DNA from: Macrostomum lignano
Lineage: Eukaryota
Assembly: GCA_002269645.1 (NCBI GenBank)
Contig: NIVC01001410.1
Span: 124,001-188,000, forward strand
Direction of reading: 5' to 3'
DNA length: 64,000 nt
Made by a program: the position numbers and the translations under genes. The notes under the pieces are model-generated. The model had not been told where the DNA came from. It did no database searches and was given only the letters and a program-made list of their open reading frames with translations. Positions 53,600 to 64,000 of the stretch are shown one piece after another; the first letter of the stretch is position 1, and every line of letters begins with the position of its first letter.

Positions 53600-54540
53600 A
53601 GATTTAAGAATCCCAGATCCCTAAAGCTGAGAATCCCAGATCCCAAATCTGAGAATCCCAGATCCTCAAAGCTGAGAATCCCAGATCCCAAATCTGAGAA
53701 TCCCGGATCCCCAAAGCTGAGAATCCCAGATCCCAAATCTGAGAATCCCAGATCCTCAAAGCTGAGAATCCCAGATCCCAAATCTGGGAATCCCAGATCC
53801 CTAAAGCTGAGAATCCCAGATCCCAAATCTGAGAATCTCAGATCCCTAAAGCTGAGAATCCCAGATCCCAAATCTGGGAATCTCAGATCCCTAAAGCTGA
53901 GAATCCCAGATCCCAAATCTGAGAATCCCGGATCCCAAATCTGAGAATCCCAGATCCCAAATCTGAGAATCCCAGATCCCAAATCTGAGAATCCCAGATC
54001 CTCAAAGCTGAGAATCCCAGATCCCAAAGCTGAGAATCCCAGATCCCAAATCTGAGAATCCCAGATCCCTAAAGCTGAGAATCCCAGATCCCAAATCTGA
54101 GAATCTCAGATCCCTAAAGCTGAGAATCCCAGATCCCAAATCTGGGAATCTCAGATCCCTAAAGCTGAGAATCCCAGATCCCAAATCTGAGAATCCCGGA
54201 TCCCAAATCTGAGAATCCCAGATCCCAAATCTGAGAATCCCAGATCCCCAAAGCTAAGAATCCCAGATCCCAAATCTGAGAATCCCGGATCCCAAAGCTG
54301 AGAATCCCAGATCCCAAATCTGAGAATCCCAGATCCCAAATCTGAGAATCCCAGATCCCAAATCTGAGAATCCCGGATCCCAAATCTGAGAATCCCAGAT
54401 CCCAAATCTGAGAATCCCAGATCCCAAAGCTGAGAATCCCAGATCCCAAATCTGAGAATCCCAGATCCCTAAAGCTGAGAATCCCAGATCCCAAATCTGA
54501 GAATCCCAGATCCCTAAAGCTGAGAATCCCAGATTCCATA
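53600..54540. repeat. ~22-bp minisatellite (GAGAATCCCAGATCCCAAATCT variants)
   Basis: Read directly from the sequence. Confidence 0.95.
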
Positions 54541-55199
54541 TCTAAAAATAAGTATCTTAGATCCCAGAGCTAAATTCCAATTCCAAAGCCTATGCTATGC
54601 TAAACAATTGTTTTCCTAGAAAATAAACAGTTTGTTGATCTCAGGCACTTTAATAAGATTTCATTTAACAAACTATATATATTGAGCAACATTTATCAAA
54701 TCCTCTTGTCCCTCTGACCCGCGTCTTTCTACTGACGGAGTTCTGCTGAGAAAAGAAAAAAATTAAACAAGTTTCTCCGCAGTTGAGCCACGTAATGCTA
54801 CTATGAGTAGGTTTTATTAATTGAAAGTATATAGCTTGTGTACTTCATTGATTGCACATCGATTATGTGTATTCGTGCCTTCGTGCTAAATGGCTATTGG
54901 GGTGGATAATTTGTTATATCTATTTAAAAGCAGAATTGCATCATTATTATATTTGTTTCCTGCAAATTACTGCTTTTTAATAAATCCTTGTTAATTCGCT
55001 CTTAGTGCGAAACAGCAGCTGTGAAAAACTATACTGCTATAATATTAAATATAACTGCTTAGAACTGTTGAATTTCTTGCCTGATTAACTGATTACCTTG
55101 TGTCTCGTTTTAAGTGCATTAAATCTGAATGAGTTTTTATATCTAAGTTTTTTTTCAAAGATATTAATTTTTTCAAGTCAACATCAATTATCTGTCTGA

Positions 55200-55590
55200 G
55201 TATCCTCAAGGCTCGATTGGAAATCTCATGAGAATTCCCAAAGCTCGATCGGAAATCTCATGAGAATCCTCAAAGCGCGATTGGAAATCTCATGAGAATC
55301 CTCAAGGCTCGAGTGGAAATCTCATGAGAATCCTCAAAGCTCGATCGGAAATCTCATGAGAATCCTCAAAGCTCGATTGGAAATCTCATGAGAATCCTCA
55401 AGGCTCGATTGGGAATCTCATGAGAATCCTCAAGGCTCGATTGGGAATCTCATGAGAATCCTCAAGGCTCGATTGGGAATCTCATGAGAATCCTCAAGGC
55501 TCGATTGGGAATCTCATGAGAATCCTCAAGGCTCTATTGGAAATCTCATAAGAATCCTCAAAGCTGGATTGGAAATCTCATGAGAATCCT
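55200..55590. repeat. 32-bp minisatellite (GGAAATCTCATGAGAATCCTCAAAGCTCGATT)
   Basis: Read directly from the sequence. Confidence 0.93.
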
Positions 55591-56444
55591 TTTAAAAAAC
55601 TTGGAGAATCTCAGGATGTGCACTGCAGTAGGAATGGGTGATTCAGGTGTGGCTCTTAGGACTGCTCATTAATACGCTCAGTTGGATTTGGATATTTGTG
55701 CTTAGCCATTGTAAAAGAAAGCGCCTTGGGGTTCAATGGGTTTTGTTAATTAATATTTGCTTCAGAATTTCCTGTAATTTTCTTTTACTATATTACTTGT
55801 ATAATGGAAGGGTAGGTTTACCTGTAGACAGGTCATTGGGTGCGCCCAGTCCACCTGTATTGTTGACCGTTCTCGCATCCTATAGTTACGGTGCATGGAC
55901 AGCTAAAGTAGGGCGCACGCTGCACTCATAAATCATGCAGATTTCAGTGGAGGCTGGTTTTCGTCGGAGAGTTCATTGGCGAGATGGAGAGCGGCGGCAT
56001 CTTCCCGCAGATAGCGCTGACGGCAATTCAGCCCATCTCGCCAAATGAATGTGGCCGCTCGAGGAATCGAACCAGGGGTCTGCAGCTGCAGCACCTGCAT
56101 CTGGATCGGGAGCTGCCGTGAGCATTCGACAGCCTTCAGTCGTCGATTACCACGATCGAGCTGTCTCCCATAGCCCCTTGTCAGCTAGACAGGGCAGCTG
56201 CTGTCATAAATTACACGCACGCTACCGCATTATGTTTTGTCCACTCTCAGATTGAAGCTGAGTCGTAAAATAAAAAACACTGAAAATCTTTCAGCTCTGC
56301 TTCACTTTACGGCACATGCCATCACATGGATTTATTTTTTTCGGGCGGCGACTTTAGACACTCAAGACATCGGAGGGGCGAAATTAATTAAGCTTTAAGT
56401 TTTCCATTTTGAGAGTCACTTTATCTTCGATACTCCGGAAACTC

Positions 56445-56772
56445 GAACTCGTCAGTGAACTCAGCAGGGAACTCGTCAAAGAACTCATCAGGAAGCTAGT
56501 CAGAGAACTTGTCAAAGAACTCGTCAGGGAACTCGTCAAAGAACTCATCAGAGAACTTGTCAGGGAACTCGTCAGAGAACTCGTCAGAGAAATCGTCGGG
56601 GAACGTCAGGAAACTCGTCAGAGAAATCGTCGGGGAACGTCAGGGAACTCGTCAAGGAACTCGGCAGGGAACTCGTCAGGAAACTCGTCAGAGAACTCGT
56701 CAGGGAACTCGTCAGAGAACTCGTCAGGGAACTCGTCAGAGAACTCGTCGGGGAACTCGTCAGGGAACTCTT
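56445..56772. repeat. ~13-bp repeat (GAACTCGTCAGGG) just downstream of the GPCR stop
   Basis: Read directly from the sequence. Confidence 0.9.
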
Positions 56773-56800
56773 TTATCGAGGACTTGTCAGTAAAATCTGG

Positions 56801-57805
56801 TCAGTTGCCGGGCACAGTGGAGTCGGCCTCCACGGTGGCAGACTGCGGAGCCACGCGCCTGTTGCTGCCAGCGCAGCAGCAGCGGCTGCAGGGCAGGTCG
56901 CGCATGATGAGGCGACGCACGCTCGGCGAAGTGAGCGCGTAGATGTAGAGCGAGAAGCAGTTGTTGGTGTAGGACAGCAGGATGAGGCCGCTGTAGGCCG
57001 TGTCCAGCGCCGGGGTCCAGTTTCCGGGGTTCAGGGCCCGGTAGACCAGCATGAAACGGCTGGGCAGCATGGAGACGAAGAAGTACACGGAGATCCCGAA
57101 CAGCATGCGGAAGGCCTTGGCCTCCTTGGTCGCGTTGCTCGACGAGGCGGCGCTGCCGGAGGCGCAGGCGTAGCGGCAGAGCAGCGAGCCGTTGACGGCC
57201 AGCAGGTAGAGGCTGGGCAGGAGGATCCGCAGCGCCAGGTCGCAGGCGATGAAGGCGTCGAAGTTGAACTCGGGAGCCGAGATGCACACCGCCCTGCTGT
57301 AGATGGGCACCCAGATCAAGCGCATGATGTACAGCAGGCAGTGGTTCTTGACGGCGGACCCGGCCAACAGGCCGCAGACGACGCCGACCATCAGGCGGAC
57401 GCCGAAGCGTCTCGTCGGCAACACGACGGCCAGCAGGCGCTCTGTGGCGATGAGGCAGACTATCCAGCCGCTGACGTCGGTGGACAAGTAGACACCGAAG
57501 ATGTGCATCCGGCACAGTGGATCCGACACGGAGCGCAGGTCCCAGCCGGTGGACAGCAGCGACAGGTAGCGGGTCAGCGAGATGAGCATCACGGCCAGGT
57601 CGGCCACGGCCAGCAGGCGGAAGGTCGCCCGGGTCGACTCGCCGAGGAAGCAGCGACGCCGGAACAGCCAGAGGATGCCGGCGTTGCCGACGATGCCGAG
57701 CGCCATGGCGAGGCAGCCGAATGCCAGCAGCAGGCTGCGCGTGACGGCGAAGGCGTTGCCGGAGGGCGATACGCCGTCAGCATTGGAAGAGCCGTTGTCG
57801 CTCAT
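56801..57805 (-). CDS. Intronless class A (rhodopsin-family) GPCR, peptide/chemoreceptor-like, ~334 aa
   Basis: Seven hydrophobic segments; TM1 GIVGN, TM2 LAVAD, TM3 Cys (LCRMH), ERLLAV (DRY variant), ECL2 Cys, TM7 NNCFSLYIY and helix 8. First ATG at 57805; very GC-rich codons. Confidence 0.88.
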   Translation of the reverse strand: MSDNGSSNADGVSPSGNAFAVTRSLLLAFGCLAMALGIVGNAGILWLFRRRCFLGESTRATFRLLAVADLAVMLISLTRYLSLLSTGWDLRSVSDPLCRMHIFGVYLSTDVSGWIVCLIATERLLAVVLPTRRFGVRLMVGVVCGLLAGSAVKNHCLLYIMRLIWVPIYSRAVCISAPEFNFDAFIACDLALRILLPSLYLLAVNGSLLCRYACASGSAASSSNATKEAKAFRMLFGISVYFFVSMLPSRFMLVYRALNPGNWTPALDTAYSGLILLSYTNNCFSLYIYALTSPSVRRLIMRDLPCSRCCCAGSNRRVAPQSATVEADSTVPGN

Positions 57806-58609
57806 CGGAGAGCTGGCGAGCTTCAAGTGCAGACGAGCGGATCGGTCTCAAGTCGAAATCCCAGCCGAGCATGAGTTGAGCATGTATTTATGCGCTCACC
57901 CTGAGCTGCTCCTCCATTGGCTGGCTAAATTTGATTGGCAAGCAGTCAGCCCTAACTTGATAACTCAGTTTTCTTGCTGAGCACGATGTCTGAAATCGTG
58001 TGAGTTCGGCTGCAGGGTTCGGGCTTATGAATAAACTTGGCTGTTTGGAGCTTCTCTCGAACTTGGATCTTGAAGCTACTCGTACATTTGAACTTTTTTG
58101 CTGGTTCTTGAGAGATAAAAAAGTACGTCAAGAACTTTTGAATTTTTCAAAACTCCCGAAAGGGCAATGTAAGTTTACATCCGCGTCAACCAAACAGACT
58201 GCAGCCAAACAAAGTCACCGTGCGACGTCTCGCCTTGGAAACAGAAGTATCATATTTGGCTAAGAATATACTCACCCAAGCCTTCCATGCTAGTCAGAGA
58301 AGTGACTGCTTTTGTGACCGCTTCTTTCATGGATTTCTTCTCATCAGTTCCACGGTTTCATTTGCCGCTGCGCTCGCGCTCGCAATGGTTTGACTTTGCC
58401 TTAAAATCAAAGGGTTTTTTTGGCCGGGAAGCTTCACAATAATCGATTCGGATGAAAAGACTAAAACTGAAGCTTTTCTGATCGATCATGTCAAGAGTTG
58501 TCTTTGATGCTTGAGAATATTGATCCTTAATTGACTATACTCGAATTCCTAGTTAAGTATGAGCACCCGTCCTTCAGTATGGATAGATATCTCTATAGTG
58601 AGCCCCAAT

Positions 58610-58925
58610 GTAACAGGTGAGCACCGGTGTAACAGGTGAGCACCGGTGTAACAGGTGAGCACCGGTGTAACAGGTGAGCACCGGTGTAACAGGTGAGCAC
58701 CGGTGTAACAGGTGAGCACCGGTGTAACAGGTGAGCACCGGTGTAACAGGTGAGCACCGGTGTAACAGGGTGAGCACCGGTGTAACAGGTGAGGCGCGGT
58801 GAAACACCGGGTGAGCACCGGTGTAACAGGTGAGGCGCGGTGAAACACCGGGTGAGCACCGTTGTAACAGGTGAGGCGCGGTGAAACACCGGGTGAGCAC
58901 CGGTGTACGTAACAGGTGAGCACCC
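58610..58925. repeat. 19-bp minisatellite (GAGCACCGGTGTAACAGGT)
   Basis: Read directly from the sequence. Confidence 0.95.
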
Positions 58926-60533
58926 ATTTCTCAATCTTGATTCAAATATTTCCTATTTCACAGCCTCAAAAAAAGAATCACGGATGAAACATATCTAAAA
59001 AGAAATTGCACACAAAAGCTCTTCAGAAAATTCAAAAGCATTGCTTCAATTTCTTAACGGACAGGAGCACCAAAACATGATTCATTTATAGCCCCTGTGC
59101 GACTCAAACAGGTGAGTGGGATATACATGTACTTTTATGCTCATCCCTCTTATAGGTAAGTCTCTGATTTCCATGCAGCGCACAGAATCAAGTCAGCATC
59201 ATCATCTGCCTCGGCTGTCTTAATAAAGCACCTCGCGCAGCTCTGAACGCCGCACTTGTACTCACTTCAGTGGATGCTGAGCATGAGCAGGAATAACAGA
59301 GTTACGTTAGTTTCCCCAATTTACTGGGAACTCTAGGAACCTGCAGCTCAGAATAAGATCTACGCCCGAGATTGTACGTAAGACTGGATCAGAAAACAGT
59401 TTTTAACCAGAATTAATACAACATCAATAGCTCCAAGAAAACCATTGCTACGTACATTAGCAGACGCAAAAAAAACAAAAAGCAAAGCACGTGACGCGCC
59501 TCAGAGTCTGGACGAGACGACAAAATAAATTCCAAACCTAGGAGAGGGGGGAAGAGAGAGCAGACGGCACCAAGCCCAGCCAATCAGCGCGCCGCGCAGG
59601 GTAGAACTGATACCCCAGGGGAGAGGGGGAGAAAGGGACAGTAAGGACTGACCAATCGGTTTGCAGAAAAGCTGGAGGTGGATGCGGGGGAGTCGGGCTC
59701 ATAACAAGAGAGACAGAGAGTTCACGGCGTATCAAGTAATTAAATTTAATTGATTGGGGACCCTGTGTGGACCAGATCTTCTGTTCCTGCGTTCGTGCCA
59801 TATCCGCATGCTTAGGAGTCCCCGGAGTTGTCCATGAAAGCCTTGCCTTGCCTCCTAATTGCTGGCTGCGTGTCGACTGTTGCCTTGATCTGCGGCAATG
59901 CCTGCAGCCCCACCACAGCACACTGACGCTGACTCTGCAGATTCTGGCTGACCGACGACCGAAAAGACTCGAAAAATACTCGTCCAGCCAGGCGCGTCAG
60001 GTGTCGCTGTTTTGCTTTCGGCTTTTTTGCACTCGAAACCTGTCGGTCACGCCCTTTGCCGGCATAAAAGCCCGCCTGCTCAGCGACCGTCTTTGAAGAT
60101 TAAAAAAGCAGCCCACTTCTTCTCCGAGTCTAGAGAGAGAGAAACTGGCATGTGGCAATAGATTTATAAACATGTCTGGACAAATCATCCGGTATATTCA
60201 CTACAAACAGTTGGTTAACCTAATGGGAAAAAAACTCCCGTTCGCGTTAATAAATGCCTTTCAATAAAGATCCCTTTTATTTTTTATCCACTCAGCTTCA
60301 TCTGGGATGCTGAAATCCAACGCTCTGCACCAAAAAGCCCATAAAGCTCCTAAGAAGGGAATCTCGAATTCTAAGGGATGCCGTCCAATATCTGCTGTGT
60401 GGGCCTTTGATCCTCTGATTTCAATGTGGACAAACGGATTCTTTGCACGTGATTTGAAATTTTCTTTAAAAAAATTTCTTCTTGTTGTGGATGAATTGTT
60501 TTTCAGATTCGATGTCAGCCATGCATGCAGTTT

Positions 60534-60643
60534 GCAGAGGGCCTTTGGTTTGGCGGCTCTGACTTTCCTCAAGTCAGTCGAGTGTCATGCAGAGGGCCTT
60601 TGGTTTGGCGGCTCTGACTTTCCTCAAGTCAGTCGAGTGTCAT
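60534..60643. repeat. Perfect 55-bp tandem duplication
   Basis: 60534-60588 = 60589-60643. Confidence 0.9.
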
Positions 60644-61327
60644 GCCTATGTGAATTGTTGGCCCATATGAGAGCTGTGGATCACACGACAATGCCGGAGG
60701 CAAATTAACGAGACCGGGAACTCATGCATCCCCGCTGAGCTGCTGAGCTACCGGCTCCATCCAAATTGAAGGTTTGAATCAGTCGATTGAGTTGTAAGCT
60801 TCGACCGGTCTCCATATGTATTAGTAAGGAGTATTTTGAAATCCTAGAAATAATTATTAATTGTTATTCTTAGCCTTGACAGCCATATAGTTCATTATCT
60901 TCCCAAACACAACGGGAAACATACTTTAAGGGTTTTGTAACTTGCGCTTCAACGCACAATTTGCTAAAGGCTCTTCAGTTTGCTCATGCAAAATGCATGC
61001 ATGGAAAGGTAAGGAGGGCCTAGTTCTGAAAAAACTCTAATTTGCTAATTGCATGAATAATTGCTATAATAGTAGCTGCATGACGCTCACGACCAAGCCC
61101 GTGACTTGTATTTACTCAAGCTTTAGTTTGTGATGTTAAGCTAATACATTTAGTATGAATTTTCTCTTTTTACAATGTACACGGTTGCAATATACAAAAT
61201 TTTATGATTACGTAGACGAATTTAGAATTCAGAAAGTGCAGATCGTCGTCTAGCCGAATATATTAAGAAAATATGAATACTTCGTTGAAATGCTATAAAG
61301 GAACTTGCAACTTGTTAATAATAAAGC

Positions 61328-62022
61328 CAAGGACGACTTAAGTAGAAGGACGGGAAACCTCGTTTCTTAGAAAAGTTTTGAAGGCACTTTTTCCCGAAAA
61401 AATACCCTACGGAGATAGGAAGTTTTCATTTTTTCAGCACAAAAATTGTTATTGCGTTTGATAGGAGGCAGATCCAGTGTTCAGCTTTTGATATGTTGTG
61501 CCTTTTTTATTGCTCTATCGATATTTATAAAGCTTTTCGTTCAGAAAATTAGGATTCTATGTTAATTTTTTATTCTACGTATATTTCCTGTATCTAAAAA
61601 TCACAAAAATGCATGACACAGCTCCAATATTTGGTTTTATGAACCTATTTTATCATCTCTGTTACAAATATTTGCTACACAGTCGGGTAAGAATGATAAA
61701 ATAGACTCATGAAGCTAAAGAGCCGAGCCGTGGCATTCTAATGTATTTCAAGCACAAGACACGCGAAAATATACGTAGAATAAAAAATTAACATAGAATC
61801 CTAATTTTCTGAACGAAAAGCTTTATAAATATCGATAGAGCAATAAAAAAGGCACAACATATCAAAAGCTGAACACTGGATCTGCCTCCTATCAAACGCA
61901 ATAACAATTTTTGTGCTGAAAAAATGAAAACTTCCTATCTCCGTAGTGTATTTTTTCGGGAAAAAGTGCCTTCAAAACTTTTCTAAGAAACGAGGTTTCC
62001 CGTCCTACTTAAGTCGTCCTTG
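61328..62022. mobile_element. Foldback non-autonomous element with ~260-bp TIRs and P-like ends, 8-bp TSD AATAAAGC
   Basis: Ends CAAGGACGACTTAAGTAG / CTACTTAAGTCGTCCTTG. TSD at 61320-61327 and 62023-62030. The arms are near-identical inverted copies. Confidence 0.92.
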
Positions 62023-64000
62023 AATAAAGCATGCATGCGATTGGGTTTTGGATTGATTGGAACTGTAGTGTACATGCAATTTTTTGTCCCGACTCACAAC
62101 AGGCCCATTATCATAGCATTTGTAACATGCAGTCACAGTTTTGCAATTGTAGATGTAAATTTTCAGTTTAGCTTAGCTTACAAATTTACAGTAATTTCAA
62201 AGCTAAAAACTGTTTTATATCAATTCTACTTTGCGGCCATTCGAAAGACCAATTCTTGAAAGCGTGGTTTCGGTGTATAATTTGTTGTTGTTAAATGTGG
62301 GTGTAGAGCTAGGCGATCTCCTCAGGAGAGCTCAGGGAAGGGCTCTACCGCTGGATGGTGATTCCACCAGGGGCATATAGCCCGGGTCACCAGGATTGGA
62401 GCTAGGAGTCTTGCCCTATCGACTGCAGGGCTCAACAAATTGAGGAGGACACCGAGGACCCAAACAGCGGAATCAGGTAGACGAGTTTTAAGGACTGCCC
62501 CCAGGCCACCACCCCAACTGCATGCCATAAACCCTAGTGTGTGCGCGCAAAAAGAGAATTGGAAAGAAAAATGTTGGAAAGTTTTTGAAAAGCAGATCCA
62601 AGAGCGGGACCCACAGAATACCCCTCGGCATTGTTTTTACCTATAACAATGCACCCAGGGCTACGGAAAAGGCTTTCAGATTGGAATGAGACTGGGCAGC
62701 TTAATTATTTCACCATGGGCGGGGTCTCCTATCAGGTAGCTTGGCTGCCCTCACACCTCCAGTGCTGCAAGCCACAAATTGGCTTCTTCGCTACCAACTC
62801 TAATTGCCCAAGCCAAGGGTAGAGCATGAGACACACCAGAGCAAAATTACACCGCGGGCTCATGAGCCGCGGTTTTCCCCGATTCGGGACCGATCTTTTG
62901 GGACGCCTGTCCCCAGTCAGAGATGAGAGCCAAGACACTTATAGCAGGGAGACAACCAGAGGAGACAGCAGATACATGTAGACCGAGGGAGCAGATGGAC
63001 CAAAAGGCAGAGATCATCATAACTCCTAAGATGGAACGGCCATAACCGAAAAGAAAAACCAAATAAAACGGTAATAAAAACAAATAGAGGAGGATCACCT
63101 GAACCTTTTTGCGGCTCAACCACAGGGCTGCTGGCATCAACTGGACTCTATCGTAAACTTTGTGAATGGTCGTCTCTCCTGCTCGGCGGGTACAACCGCG
63201 AGGCTTAACAAGTCCTTGATCTACCGTCCAGCATCACATTCACTCCAGGTACGCCCCCCTAGAACCAAGGCAGGGCAGAAAAGAGAGAAGTTATTTTTGG
63301 AGTGGACATCACCTCCGGTGAGGCCACTTAAATTGAGCCACCCGATTGGGCAGGTCAATAGGATTCCGCACAAGCCGACGATCGAGAAACGCCACCAGTA
63401 ATTGCAGCCCAAAAAAACAGTCAGAGACCGTATCGGTGTATTTAAGTGTACTACTTCTAAAAATGGTGTCAAAATGGTATAAAAACTGTAAAATTCAGAA
63501 GTAGCATCATGCTTTTTAAATGAATTTTCCAGAATTACGAATTTGTAAAAAATGTTAAAAATCATAAGACGCAATTAATTAATGGAAATTGAATTTAGAA
63601 ATTAACATAATAATAATTAAATATTATATTATTAAACTATTATTTATTTCATATTATGCCCTGCTCATCGAAATTATTCTCAAAGTCAAATCTTTTTTCT
63701 CAGTTGACCAATTCGCTTGGACCTCTTCTGCTGCTGCTCCACACCGCTTGAATTCTATGCACGTGTTATTAATGTAAATAATTACAATTTAAGCGAACCA
63801 TTAATGTAGGCTTATCCGCTTGATGTACGAAAAACATGTTTCTGCTAAACTTAAATCATTTAATATTGTTTTGTTTTTATTATAAATGCATCGTCGTAAG
63901 TTTTTAAATCACATTCGGTCATCAAATAAATTTATATAACGATTGTTGTTGATTGCCTATTTATTTCAATCTATCGACATGGTTTTCTTGACGAAGCAGA

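Noticed and set aside
56445-56772. Hammerhead ribozyme core (CTGACGAG on minus strand)
   Set aside because: Occurs as part of a 13-bp tandem unit without the paired stems and GAAA geometry.
62280-63420. Retroelement gag/UTR-like fragment
   Set aside because: Composition differs from the flanks, but I found no diagnostic motif, terminus or TSD.

Overview
Eukaryotic (metazoan) genomic DNA. GC-rich exons, minisatellite-filled introns and the gene set best fit a free-living flatworm such as Macrostomum; this is an inference, not checked by search. Spliced genes assembled by hand from GT-AG sites and reading phase: a partial LDL-receptor class A repeat gene (3.6-6.0 kb), a candidate S10-fold mitoribosomal (mL48-like) gene (9.0-10.7 kb), a ~1186-aa ankyrin-repeat plus Mab-21/cGAS-like nucleotidyltransferase gene (12.2-16.4 kb), AP180/PICALM (29.1-41.4 kb), CDK1 (44.8-49.2 kb), MPPE1/PGAP5 (50.6-53.5 kb) and an intronless class A GPCR (minus strand, 56.8-57.8 kb). 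The 17-28 kb region is a nested transposon cluster: IS630/Tc1 transposase relic, Gypsy integrase fragment, THAP/P-superfamily element with 116-bp TIRs and 8-bp TSD, hAT-like and Mutator-like MITEs, and a tRNA-derived SINE. The most interesting items are the ankyrin-cGLR candidate immune sensor and a set of P-superfamily forms, including tiny TSD-flanked inserts (one exactly 17+17 bp) that match the known P-transposase excision footprint. Most long ORFs in the supplied track are stop-free minisatellite artefacts.
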